Shown here piece after piece: positions 14,501 through 29,660 of a stretch of DNA of 64,000 nucleotides; positions within the stretch are counted from its first letter, which is position 1, and the number at the start of each line of letters is the position of its first letter. Source of the stretch: Eledone cirrhosa. Lineage: Eukaryota. Location: assembly GCA_964016885.1 (NCBI GenBank), contig OZ024746.1, positions 82,646,001 to 82,710,000 on the forward strand, given 5' to 3'. A program made the position numbers and the translations under genes. Below the pieces are notes generated by a model. The model ran no database searches. It saw only the letters and a list, made by a program, of their open reading frames with translations, and was not told the origin of the DNA.

Positions 14501-14680
14501 TGTTTCTACGTTAGGCACAAGGCCAGCAATTACCCAGTGCATTACTGGTGCTTTATTTTATCGACCCCGTAAGGATGAAAGGCAAAGTCAACCTCGGCGG
14601 GATTTGAACTCAGATCGTAAAGGGACATAACTATGCTGGAAAGCATGGTGTCCGACCCTCTACCGATACTGCCAATCCAC
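14501..14680 (-). mobile_element. tRNA-derived SINE, family A (short form), 12-bp TSD
   Basis: A box TGGCAGTATCGG, B box GAGTTCAAATCC, core GCCTTTCATCCTTACGGGGTCGATAAAATAAAG; TSD CCCGTAAATAAT at 14489 and 14681. Confidence 0.92.
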
Positions 14681-15209
14681 CCCGTAAATAATATGATGTA
14701 AAATTGACGTAATCTTTGAATTTGGGTGTCTATTATTATACTTGGAAGCAAATTACGACCAGACTATATCATGATATAGCAAGAAGAGAATTATTATAAA
14801 GAAAATTTACCATCTTCGGTGGGCGTGCATCGCTCAAGTAACATAGTCAACACATACGCCCCGGAACCATACGTACATATACACATACATGGATACATAC
14901 ATACCTGCCTACATACATACAAATATGCATATATGCATACATAATATATACATACATATATGTATACATACATGTATGCATACATGCATACATAGATACA
15001 TTTATTGAAAGGCTGAAAGAAAGCCCTGCGCCATGATTTCTAGAACCAACGAGAGAGTTCCTAGTCATTCAATATGTTAGTAGTAGTAGCTAAATCTCCC
15101 TCATATCACATACCACTGTCTTATAAAATGGGAAGGACACTTTGGATAATGTAGTCTAGAAGACAATGACAAGAGGGCTGTTCGATTAGTGCTGACTTTG
15201 GTCTTAACC

Positions 15210-15600
15210 ACCGCCACCACCACCACCACCAACCGTCCCCCCCCAAACCAATGCTCCCCCCCAAACCAATCGCCACACCCAACACCACCACCACCACCAC
15301 CACCAAACCAATCGTCACCCCCACCAAACCAATGCCCCCCCCCCAACCAATCGCCACACCCAACACCACCACCACCACCACCACCACCAAACCAGTCGTC
15401 ACCCCCACCAAACCAATGCCCCCCCCCCACCAAACCAATCGCCACACCCAAGACCACCACCACCACCACCACCAAACCAATCGTCCCCCCCACCACCAAA
15501 CCAATCGCCACCCCAACACCACCAAACCAATCGCCACCCCAACACCACCAAACCAATCGCCACCCCCAGCACCGCCAACACCACTACCACTATTACTACC
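15210..15600. repeat. C-rich minisatellite with repeated AAACCAATC
   Basis: About 11 AACCAAT units between CCA runs. Confidence 0.85.
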
Positions 15601-15799
15601 AAAACCACTGTTGTTATCGCCTTACGGACTAAATAGATCGATAATACTAATTTTGACTGATATAATACCTGCACTGCGGAAAGAGAAGGGGGTATGTGGT
15701 AAAGTTGGTAGTACGGTGAACATTATGCTTTACACCCCGCGTTCAATTCCTGCAGAGATTAGCTCTATTGCACATAATATATTGGGGGGGGGGGGGTTC

Positions 15800-15975
15800 T
15801 CCGTCAGTTTTGACGAAGAACATTCTATTATTCGATCAACTGAATCCCTGCCCACGAAATTAACGTGTAAAAGGCTGCATATTCCTCGTTTATGTGTAGT
15901 GTATCATTAACGTAAATCTCTTGACGAATCAGAGTGACACGGTATGAGATGACTAAGCCTTTGAATTACAGGTAT
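15800..15975 (+). mobile_element. Dispersed repeat family C (SINE-like); other copies at ~32345-32525 (-), ~43215-43300 (-), ~55815-55990 (+)
   Basis: Shared GATCAACGGAACAGCCTGCTCGTGAAATTAACGTG-like sequence. Confidence 0.7.
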
Positions 15976-15984
15976 AATCCAGAC

Positions 15985-16054
15985 AGAAGGAGAGAGAGAG
16001 AGGGAGAGAGAGAGAGAGAGAGGGAGAGAGAGAGAGGGTGAGAGAGAGAGAGAT

Positions 16055-16121
<67 letters not shown>

Positions 16122-16145
16122 GAGAGAGAGAGAGATAGAGATAGA

Positions 16146-16179
<34 letters not shown>

Positions 16180-16227
16180 AAGGGTGAGAGAGATAGAGAT
16201 AGAGAGATAGATAGAGAGAGAGAGAGA

Positions 16228-16273
<46 letters not shown>

Positions 16274-16305
16274 GATAGATAGATAGAGAAAGAGAGAGAG
16301 AGAGA
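15985..16305. repeat. (GA)n/(GATAGA)n compound microsatellite
   Basis: Directly visible. Confidence 0.95.
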
Positions 16306-16320
16306 AATAAAAACACACAT

Positions 16321-16354
<34 letters not shown>

Positions 16355-16359
16355 GTATA

Positions 16360-17060
16360 TACCGAACCCAGTACTAGATTGGTACTTACTTTATCGACTC
16401 CGAAAGAATAAAAGGCAAAGTTAACCGCAGCAACATTTGAACTCAAGCTGGAAAAAGTACCACGAAGCCTTCTATCCGACGTTCTAACGGCCGGCTCTGC
16501 CAATTCGCCCCCCCCCCCCCCTCTAAGTCAAAATTAAAAAAATCATTGTATTAATGAAAAAAAGTTAAGGTATCCCTATTTTATTTATGTAAAATCTTGT
16601 GCCACTATAAATAGTAGAGCGTCAGACATGGTTGTTACAATTATTATTAAAATGTGATAAGGTATTGGCAGTATTGGTAGAGTGTCGGACAACATGCTTT
16701 GTGGCATATAGTTACGGTCCTTTACGTTCTGATTTCAAATACCCATCGAAGTTAGCTCTGCCTTTCATCCTTACGGGGTCGATAAAATAAAGTACCAGTA
16801 ATGCACTGGAGTCGGTTTAATCGACTTTCCTCTCTTCCCAAATTGCTGGTCTTGTGACTAAATCAGAAACCATGATTAAAAGGTAATAAACTGGTGGATT
16901 TGCAGAATCGTTAGCGCAACGAACAAAACAACTTGAAGCATTTGTTCCGACTCTTTATATTCTGAGTTCAAAATCCTGCCGAAGTCAACTTTCCAGTGTC
17001 ACTGAATAAAGTACCAGTTAAATACCGTGCTTGTGTAAATCGAGATTCTTCTCACCCCAC
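16360..17060. mobile_element. Cluster of SINE family A copies (16360-16510 -, 16665-16875 +, 16890-17060 +)
   Basis: A/B boxes and core motif, diverged. Confidence 0.8.
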
Positions 17061-17119
17061 CCTCTAAAAAAGGTAAAAATGATTATTAATATCACTGAAT
17101 ACTGGGTATTTTATCATGT

Positions 17120-17240
17120 GAAGGCGTGGGCTGAGTGGTTAGAGAATTTGATTCACAATCTTGAGGTTGTAAGTTCGATTCCTGGACTGGGCGATGCGTT
17201 ATGTCCTTGAGCAAGACACCTTATTTCATGTTTCTCCTTT
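17120..17240 (+). mobile_element. tRNA-derived SINE with V/CORE-like domain
   Basis: GGCTGAGTGGTTAG ... GTTCGATTCC followed by TGTCCTTGAGCAAGACAC. Confidence 0.7.
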
Positions 17241-18654
17241 TACCTGGAGTTGCGACCGATAGATAGTACCAGCAACTGGAAAGACCGACGAAAACATTGT
17301 TTCTTCGGTCCGATTTGACGAAAGTCGATCGATCCTTTTTTTTTTATCTTGTGAAATGCTAAATTATTGTGAATATATTGCAAATGAGAGACGTCAACAG
17401 TTTCCATCGATCCACATGATTGTGTTCTGGACTTCACTATCTAAACTTTACTATTTTGCTTCTCTAAGTTCAAATCCCTTCGAAATTAACTTCGTCGTCT
17501 TTCCAGTGAACTACAAACTAAGTAACGGTAAAATTAGTTCTAGCTTCCCTTCCCTTACAGACTGAGCGCTTTGTGTCTAGCCAAAATAAATTAATTTTTT
17601 ATTCATACGTGTAAAGTTCACTGACCTGAAATGACCTGCGATTTTTGTTTGACAAGGCAAAGTCATAGTCACTAAAGACCCCTTAGATTCCCTCCATATT
17701 GTGTCTATTTATTAGCCATTTTAATTTACATTCTTTTAAATTACGTGACTCAGTATTCTATAAACCTTCAACAGCACTTCCACCTTTCCTTACCCAGAAC
17801 CCTTTATATATTTTACATTCACCATGTTTTGTTATATAGAATTTATGTAATTCTAATTATTTCTTTTCTTCTACGTCATCCGACTAAATTTTATTGCCAT
17901 TTTTATTTTTATTTTACAATAAATATCTTCTTATTAAAACCCAGCAACAACAATGGCAACAACAAACCAAAACTCCCCTAAACTAACTAGAAAACAACGT
18001 TGGCACAAAATTTCCGAGACGTTGGTGCACGTACGACTCAAGATTTGAAACCCTTCATTGGCATTATGTGTTGATGCTAAATGTGAAATGTTTTTAAGAT
18101 ATATGGAGCAAACCTAATGAGCGACTCACGCGAAACATCTGTCGTGCAAAACGTAGACCTCATATTTTTAACGCGCGCTATTATCTGAGTTTCGCCCTTC
18201 TTTTTCTAGAGGCTTTCACAATCCACTCACACACACACACGCACGCACACTCACACACACACACACGCATTCACACACAAAAAGGCGCGCGAACATATTT
18301 CCGTGCTGTTGTATTTATACTGTCGAAAGGTCATTATTAATTCAGACTTATTAGGCTGACATTAGTTTTATTTAATACGACAGCAGTTTAGACCTACAAA
18401 GCTGCCATAAAAAGTTGTCACACTCAATGTAAACGTTACACAACCTTCTGCATCCATCAGCCCGTGTAACAGTGTACAGTGTGCAGTGTGCAATATATGG
18501 TGTATAGTATGTAGAGTGTGATAAAACAGTTGTTACAGATGCATCTATGTTACTCCAGTAGTTGTAACAATTGGTTATTGTAATAGTGTACAGAATAGTA
18601 CATCATATGACTGTTATGAAAGTGATAGTTAAGAATTATTTAATATAGTGATTT

Positions 18655-18850
18655 TTAATTTTGGCGCATGACCAACAATTTAAGGGAAAGGAGAGTCGAT
18701 TATATCGATCCCTGTATGTTACCTGGTACTATATTTTATCGAAACTGAGATCATAAGAAGCAAAGTTAATCTCCGTAGGATTTGAACTCAAAACGTAAAG
18801 AGCCGGAACAAAATACTACCACGCATTTTGTCTGACACTCTAACGATTTT
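18655..18850 (-). mobile_element. Old SINE family A copy
   Basis: Diverged GGATTTGAACTC and core motif. Confidence 0.7.
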
Positions 18851-18902
18851 GTCAATCAACCACCATTGTAGTCGTTTTTATAATAGTGTATATTTCACTG
18901 AT

Positions 18903-19230
18903 AGGCGGCGAATTGGCAGAGTTGTTAGAACATCGGATAGAATGATTTGCGGTATTCGTTCCGGCTCTCTGCTCTCTGAGGTCAAATCCCACCGAGGTCA
19001 ACTTTGCCTTTCCTCCTTTCGAGGTCGATAAAAAAAGTACCAGTCTAGTGCTGGGGGTCGATTCTTCCTCCATATCTTTTTCTCACTTCCTTTCTCTCAC
19101 TTTCTATCTTTCTTTGGAAGAAATCTGCTGTACGCAGGCCTGGAGAAGGATGGGCTCCGCAAGGCTTAAAATGCCCAAGAAACGCCGTATGTCAATACGA
19201 CTCTATCAGGAGTTATAGAACCATACCATA
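18903..19230 (+). mobile_element. SINE with family-A-like head and core but an alternative 3' tail (family B)
   Basis: GGCGGCGAATTGGC head, core, pyrimidine tract, then a GGATGGGCTC...CAGGAGTTA..ACCATAC tail; same architecture at 51376-51685. Confidence 0.75.
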
Positions 19231-19917
19231 CCATATTACACTATTACATGAAAAATCTAATACATGTAAATGTTACTGTTAGGTTCTACAATTGATTTCG
19301 TTGAACGATACACGAGAGCAATTTTTAATGTAAATAAAATATAGAGGACTGACTCGAAACCATCTGTAATATTGGTACCGGCAAAGTCATCGTTTGCAAG
19401 GTTTGAACAGAAAAGGTGCGATGCATCAGATTAAATATTGAAAAAAACATTCAATTTATTTTCATTTCAATCAACTCACATTCTTGTAATAGTCAGTAGT
19501 TAATTCTAATTAGTAGTTCGCTTTATTGTACTAGTCCCCACATGGTCCTAGAGTATGTTTAGAGTAATCCACACAGGTGTAAAGACTTTGACCAGGTCCC
19601 CAGTCAGAGAAAAGAAAGCGTGATATCATGATGTACTGATTCCTACTGTAACAATTCGAAAGTTGTGTTTTCTTTTTCCTTCCTTCCAATATGTATGCAT
19701 GTGAATTTATGTACGGACCCATCATTCCTGATTGAGTCATAACAGCGCAGTAGTGAAATGCCGAGTTATGCAGGATCCCATTCTCTCTCCTTTCTGAACA
19801 CAACCGATTTCTTCCACAAAGAGTGAGAGAAAGGGTGTGAGGAAGTGATATAGAGGAAAATTTCGAAATCGATAATCAAAGTACTAGTTCAGTACTGGAA
19901 TCAATTCCCCCCTCTCT

Positions 19918-20003
<86 letters not shown>

Positions 20004-20149
20004 TTCTCTGGAAAAAAATCGTCAGTGTTCCGAACTTGCAGGGTGATGGGCTTTGCCAGGTTTAACTTTCCGAGACACGCATGTAACATATGTAGTGACG
20101 GCCCACCTACGACGTTATCTGAAGTTATAATTCTCATGGCATGGTCTGA

Positions 20150-20198
<49 letters not shown>

Positions 20199-20202
<4 letters not shown>

Positions 20203-20495
20203 TTTCCTTTCTTCTGTCCTACGGCATTTTTTTCTGAGAAAAAAATGGCGTAGGACAGAAGAAAGGAAAGGCACAGAAACAAAGAAAGGAATCCCCAGTC
20301 ACTGAAGAGGTCACAGAGTGTGTGACGAAAGGACTATGACTATATATAAACAACTATCTGGTTGTGGAACCAACCAACCAGCCAGAAATGTATAAGTTTG
20401 TAGATTTGTAAATTTATAAATTTATAAATATATAATAAATTGAAGTGAAAGCAACTGGTGCGTGTGTTTCTTATTGGCAACATGACCCTCCCAAA
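20199..20495 (+). mobile_element. PLE terminal repeat with 5' fold-back, inserted in (TA)n
   Basis: Palindrome 20199-20273 (37-bp arms), then sequence homologous to 6100-6300. Confidence 0.8.
20297..20341 (+). ncRNA. Minimal type I hammerhead ribozyme, intact core
   Basis: AGTCA-CTGAAGA-g-GTCACA(gagtg)TGTGAC-GAAA-GGAC-TA-TGACT: 5-bp stem I, 6-bp stem II, very short stem III; predicted cleavage after 20336. Confidence 0.75.
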
Positions 20496-20540
20496 GTATA
20501 ACAATATATATATATATATATATATACATATATATGCGTA

Positions 20541-20580
20541 GTTCTGATGAACGCCAACCAGCGTGAAACGGACTGTCAGC
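20541..20580 (+). ncRNA. Minimal type I hammerhead ribozyme, intact core, GUC site
   Basis: GTT-CTGATGA-ACGC(caacca)GCGT-GAAA-CGGACT-GTC-AGC; quasi-palindromic stem III; predicted cleavage after 20577; stem I is only 3 bp. Confidence 0.7.
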
Positions 20581-20802
20581 CTCTCCCCCTTCTTTCGCCA
20601 AAAAGAAGTAAGTGACATAGTCACTACTTTAAAACTGATAGCGTATGGTCTTCTAAATGTTTTTTAATTAAACATACGGTATATTTCCAAATATACTATA
20701 CATACATTCACATATATATATATATATAATCCTACTCAAACTTTTTCAACTCCTTTTGAATTAATAATTCTATTCAATTAATTCTATTCAATTAATTACT
20801 AA

Positions 20803-20975
20803 AGGCAGTATCGGTAGAGGGTCGGACGCCATGCTTTCCAGCATAGTTACGTCCAGTTTACGATCTGAGTTCAAATCCCGCCGAGGTTGACTTTGCCTTT
20901 CATCCTTACGGGGTCGATAAAATAAAGTACCAGTAATGCACTGGGCAATTGCTGGCCTTGTGCCTAAAGTAGAAG
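20803..20975 (+). mobile_element. SINE family A (short form) with TSD
   Basis: TSD CAATTAATTACT at 20789 and 20976. Confidence 0.9.
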
Positions 20976-21261
20976 CAATTAATTACTCACTAACATTTAT
21001 ATATCTCCAATTCCTATTATGTGATAATGTTTAAAAAGCCAGCTTTCAGAAAACTTCGAAGTTACATTCAAAATAAAAACAAATAATTAGCAACAAAGTT
21101 TCAATAATGGTATACTGGCTGAAGGAATATTCTAATCTAAGGAATCATTTCTTTGAAGTTTCGATTTTATTTTAAAAAACACTACATTTTGAGTTCTATA
21201 TACAATTATATATCAATGTACGTTCTTCTGGTTTTGTTTAAAATAAAATTAATTTCACACT

Positions 21262-21299
<38 letters not shown>

Positions 21300-21370
21300 T
21301 CTTGTAACACAGGGACAAGACTTTTTCATTGGAATTTAGGCATCACCCTAAATGTATATATGTATGTGTG

Positions 21371-21450
<80 letters not shown>

Positions 21451-21627
21451 ACCAAACATCACGGGCGCTCTATCTCAATATTATTTTTGAAAAGCATTAG
21501 AAATGCGCAACCGGTAAAACTTAAAACCAAAACTGAATACTAACCAATACTATTACTAATTTTTACTTATTCCTAATTAAACTATTTTTCACTGGGAACA
21601 ATTTGTCAGCATTTTCTTTTCCGTTTA

Positions 21628-21702
<75 letters not shown>

Positions 21703-21799
21703 GTGTGTGCGTATGTGTGTGTATGTGCGTGTGTGTGTAAGTGTGGTGTGTGTGTGAGTGTGTGTGTGTGTATGTGTGCGTGTGTGTGTGCAGGTGTGG

Positions 21800-22195
21800 G
21801 TGTTCTTGCATGTGTGGATCTATATGTTTTGAGTTCTATATATATACGCGAATATGTGTCTATATCTATACATGTGTACATGCAGTTATTACATGCTGAA
21901 TTTCTGAAATGTTTTACATATGTTTACAGTTCCATCAATGGACAGACAGTACTTTGGGTTTTGACATTCCACTAATGCTCTGTCATATGAGTGTTTATGA
22001 TGGAGGCTGATATCCTTGATCATTATTCCACAGAATTTGCATCTGTTGTCACATCTAGGTGTTTTGCTTGTATCTTTATCTCTTTTTGTGCATCAGGTAT
22101 TTCGATATTTCCTGTCCCTGGGTTGTAAAACTACATCATTCAAAGTGAGAGCCAATATACCGGTTGTTGGTCCAAGATAGACTAATTTGATTATC
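21800..22195 (-). mobile_element. R4/Dong-clade non-LTR retrotransposon 3' fragment
   Basis: Minus strand reads [15 protein letters not shown]...QGQEISKYL...CDNRCKFCG...TVNICKTFQKF (QEQEI.T.YL and zinc-knuckle region). 3'UTR homologs at 21297-21350, 31815-32100 and 49741-49800. Confidence 0.65.
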
Positions 22196-22254
22196 TATAA
22201 TACTTTCACTGTGGAACTTTCTGATAATATAGCCATATATATATATATATATAT

Positions 22255-22369
<115 letters not shown>

Positions 22370-22384
22370 CATATACATATATTC

Positions 22385-22416
<32 letters not shown>

Positions 22417-22440
22417 TTATAAAAATAATTAATATTACTA

Positions 22441-22480
<40 letters not shown>

Positions 22481-22558
22481 ATACATATATATATACATAC
22501 ATATATATATATATATAAACATACATATATATATACATACAAACATACATATATACAT

Positions 22559-22666
<108 letters not shown>

Positions 22667-22694
22667 ACACACACACACTCACACACATATATGT

Positions 22695-22883
22695 GTATTT
22701 TATCTAAAGACATTTTTTCCAATTCCAACCCGCCCGTCCCCTCAATCTATCTTATTTATCATTCTTTCTTCTAATGAAGGTCTAGCATCCGAAACGTTAA
22801 GACCCTCTTCCTGCTATATCAAGCGTTAACCTAATATATCCCTTCCATATACTGTACAGATTGCGTTGTTATTTCTGTTTACC

Positions 22884-22890
<7 letters not shown>
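22695..22890 (+). mobile_element. ~190-bp HHR-bearing PLE-derived element between microsatellites
   Basis: End-to-end homolog of 52463-52660. HHR at 22767-22802: TCTT-CTAATGA-a-gg..cc-GAAACGTT-AAGA (G5A change). Confidence 0.8.
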
Positions 22891-22964
<74 letters not shown>

Positions 22965-23259
22965 TATGCATATTTTTTTTTAATAGAGACTATTGTTTTC
23001 CGGTCGAACCAGGAATCGCGTGATTAAGACTGAACCTCATAACCACAAACATCGATATTTGCTGAATATTTGCAAGCTCAACTCATAGTTTCAGACCACA
23101 GGAGAAATATTTATTTAGTTTGCCAACATCTGCACATTGATAAACAATAATCTATTAAAGACTTGCGGTGAGCGCCATAGTATAAGAGTTAAATATCCAG
23201 AACACTAACATAGAAACACTGTTTCAATAGTCGACTGAATCTAATTTACTCGCAAGGTC

Positions 23260-23700
23260 AATAATTGTTTCTACTTTTGGCCTCAAGGCCAGTAATTATT
23301 CCAGTACATTACTGGTACTTTATTTTATCGACCCCGTAAGGATGAAAGGCAAAGTTAACCTCGGCGGGATTTGAACTCTGAATGGCAAGGGCCGTAACTC
23401 TATACGTCAAAGCATGGCGGTTGCGGAGATGAACTTAATGTGATTGCTTGAAATAACAGCAAAATGTTTCTCATATACCACTTTATCATTTTAAGAAGAT
23501 AGGAAAACATGTTTTAAATAAATTGTTTCTACTTTAGGCACAAGGCCAGCAATTAACACTGCATCACTGGTGCTTTATTTTATCGACCCCGTAAGGATGA
23601 AAGGCAAAGCTAACTTCGACGGGGGATTTGAAATGAGAACGTAAAGGGCCATAACTCTACGCTGCAAAGCATGGTGTCTTGACGTTCTACATGCCAATCT
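23260..23700 (-). mobile_element. Two SINE family A copies (23260-23420, 23522-23700)
   Basis: Second copy has a 16-bp TSD, AACATGTTTTAAATAA, at 23506 and 23701. Confidence 0.9.
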
Positions 23701-24210
23701 AACATGTTTTAAATAATATAGCTTTCCAATCCAATCCATTCGAATCCAGGGCCTTCTCACCCATGTTGGAGGAACCCCTTTCTAGTTGACCTCCACCGCT
23801 TTCTGTTTGACTTTGGTCATGTCAGGAGTGTAGCCGTACTCACCACATTTGGCCAAGTGTGGGATGGTGAGGAATATAGCCTTAGATACACAAAAAATGG
23901 GATGGTCACGGAAGGAAACAATTTTGCTCGTAGATGCGCTCAGTCAAGGGTGATCTAAAGTTAAACAATAAAAGAAACTACAACAGTAAAATTGAGAAAG
24001 GCATGTATAACCATACTCCCAATTCTCTCTCATTGAAATATAATTCCGTTGTTCCTTAACAAAAGAGATCAATTAAATGAAATAATTATATACATTATGT
24101 AAGTGTATGTAGGTTTATGTATACAAATATACAAATATATTGTACGGAAATGATACATGTATGCGTGTGTTTATAAATATGGAACTCTGAGTAACAACAA
24201 TCTCGAACGA

Positions 24211-24260
<50 letters not shown>

Positions 24261-24451
24261 GTGTGTATGTGTGTGTGGAGGGGTAAGTGCGTGTGTGTGT
24301 GTATAAATTACTTCTACAGGACTGATCTTTATGTATTTATGTATACATATATAGATATATGCACACATACGTACATACAAATATACATTCATACAAACAT
24401 ATATATATATGTACATACACATACACGCATACATACATACATACACACACA

Positions 24452-24552
<101 letters not shown>

Positions 24553-25882
24553 TGTGCAGCCATATATACATAAAATATTATACATGTTCGAATATTTTTA
24601 TTGCACTTTTTATCACACGTAGAAAACTTATAAATAAATTGCTTCCACAGAAGCTGCGTAATCCATCTGAAGCACACGACAAGCACCACACCTCCCCAAT
24701 ACTTCCACACACCAGCCTACGACTAAATATTGGCTTTTTCACACACACATACACACACACACACGTACACACGCACATACATACTCACACACATACATTC
24801 GTTTTTCCTTTTTATTTGTTTTTGTTCATGTTCTTCGCTCAGCAATCGTTCTGACAAAAACACCATCAGAAAACCGACCGCCCCAGCGGAGCGTGACGCA
24901 GTTTGCTGTAAATTTCTCTGATGGCTTCACTTAGACTTTTCATTCAAATAGAGTTTAGTATTTTGTACATTTGTTATGGAAGATGAGTGGCGTACTGCGA
25001 CGAAATTATCGGTTATGTACCGTGAACGTTAAACAAACACAAGATTCACGGCCTGCCCAACGAGACTTCTGTTGAAGTTATCCATTCTTCATGCACCATT
25101 TTCATCAGTAGATCGTTGATCGCGAAATACCAAGAGACAAACTTATTTGAGTGGTCCTTATATTTTCAAGCTTGGCCACCGGTGCGGGCGGTGCACAACT
25201 CTGACGAGTTAAAGGAAGAACTGAGAGGCGGGGTGGGAATTTATCGCCAATGAAACGACTGTACAGGCAACCAGCCGTGATAGCAAATGGCGTCGGTCCC
25301 CTAGGATCGCGTGACCTGCCACGTCATCGATCATTACTGACGGCTGGAAGATGAGAAGATAACTTCTCTGCTATCCCAATTCACACTGCCTCTTTCCCCT
25401 TTCCCTTTCCCTTTCACCTTTCTATTCTCCTCCCCCTCCTCCTTCTCCTTCTTCTTCTTCTCCTTCTCCACGTCTATGTTTTCACTTTTCCTTCTTTCTC
25501 TCACTACAAAGCTTTGTCGGAAACTAAAGTGGTGGTGGTAGGATGAGGAGGTGAAGGAGAATGAGTCGGAGGCAAGATAAGATATTGCTAAATAATGGTA
25601 TAGGAAGGGAGAGAGGGAGAGAGGGAGAGGGGGGGGGGGGAGAGTTGAAGATAAAAAGAGAAAGAGAAAAAGTGAGTAAGAAAAACTGGGTGTGAGAGTG
25701 AAAGAGAGAGAGAGAGTAATAGCGAAAGAGCGAGAGGTAGAGAGAGAAAGAAAGACAAAAGAAAGAGTGAGCGAAAGTGCGAGAAAGAGAAAGAAAAAGA
25801 GGGAAAGAGAAAGAAAGAAAGAGAGAAAAAAATGATAAAGAGAAAGGGAGAGAGAGAAGAGAAAATGAGTGAGTCTGTGGGT

Positions 25883-26815
<933 letters not shown>

Positions 26816-27264
26816 ATAGAGCGGAAGAGAGGGAAGTTAGAGAGAATCTGAAAGTTGGAATGACATGAGATCAATTTTCTCACATTCATCCATACACGAT
26901 ATCTATCGTATAACTATATAGAGGAGCTCTTTATATGACTACACCAATTAACTGTAGAGCGATGTCGGCGGTATGCGTGTGTCGTATTCTCAGCTGCTCA
27001 CAGCTTGCATCAAATCTATCATGTTTACAGAAGTATATTTCATTGGTTAATAACACTTAGCTTCAACAGTATTACTATAGACTGAAAGAATCACCTCACT
27101 GCTGATATTGGCCAAATATCTCTGATGATTGACTTCAGACAAGAAATCAAATGCAATAAAACATTTCTAATGGTCTTTTATATATTTATTTATTTATCTT
27201 ATTTAATTAATAACCAACTGCAATAACAGTGACGACAAAAACGACAAGGTTGATGACAAAGAAA

Positions 27265-28889
<1,625 letters not shown>

Positions 28890-28891
<2 letters not shown>

Positions 28892-29145
28892 ATTTGACTA
28901 GGTGGTATATCTCAGCTGCGCTCAGAGGACAACATCGTAACAGCATTGTCGCAGAGAACAGTCAGCGACACCCGTTGCATTAGCAACTTCACATCACGGG
29001 GCCTCCTTCCTCAGTCGGAGTGAACTCCTTCCAATTTTCTTTCGGAGGAAAGCGGTGGCCCGGGGACCCTAAACACCAGAGGTCACGACTGTGACCGGCA
29101 AGAAACGGAAGCGGTCGGTCAGATCCCAGTATTTGGATATCTGAA
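28890..29145 (-). mobile_element. CRE-clade LINE 3' fragment (restriction-like endonuclease domain)
   Basis: SKYWDLTDRFRFLPVTVVTSGV*GPRATAFL...[20 protein letters not shown] matches KY..L...F.P..VET.G..G / QRLS.A..RGNA. Confidence 0.8.
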
Positions 29146-29472
29146 TTTTGGGGATTTTGACAATTAGAAAAGATCATCATCAACAATAATAACAATAATT
29201 ATTTCTAATACAGCTGCAATGTCTCACATTTAGTGGGGGTGGGGGTGGGGTGAGGGGGTCAGTCGAATGAAATACTTCACAGATACTTTATCTTATCAAC
29301 CTTGGAATTGAACTCAGAACCTAAAGGGTCACACATAAACACCATAAATATTAAAAAAATTTTCTCTGTCCATTCTTCTACTCACTGTCGTCACAACATC
29401 AACAACATTAACAATAGTGGTAACAACAACAGCAACTACAGCGACAATGTCGACGATAATTATTTTAATATT

Positions 29473-29660
29473 TGTTTCTACTTTTGGCACAAGGCCAGCA
29501 ATTATCCCAGTGTATTACTGGTACTTTATTTTATCGACCCCGTAAGGATGAAAGGCAAAGTTAACCTCGGCGGGATTTGAACTCAGACTATAAAGGGCCG
29601 TAACTCTTTAATGCAAAGCATGGCGTCCGATCTTCTACCGATACTGCCAATCCACCGCCC
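29473..29660 (-). mobile_element. SINE family A, full length, with TSD
   Basis: TSD TTTTAATATT at 29463 and 29661. Confidence 0.92.

Noticed and set aside
19531-19803. 90-aa non-repetitive ORF
   Set aside because: No recognisable domain or convincing splice context.
24975-25015. AAGATGA-stem-GAAA hammerhead-like motif
   Set aside because: Two core mismatches and no stems I or III.
27115-27160. CTGATGA..GAAA motif (a similar one at ~28276)
   Set aside because: No credible stem I or III.
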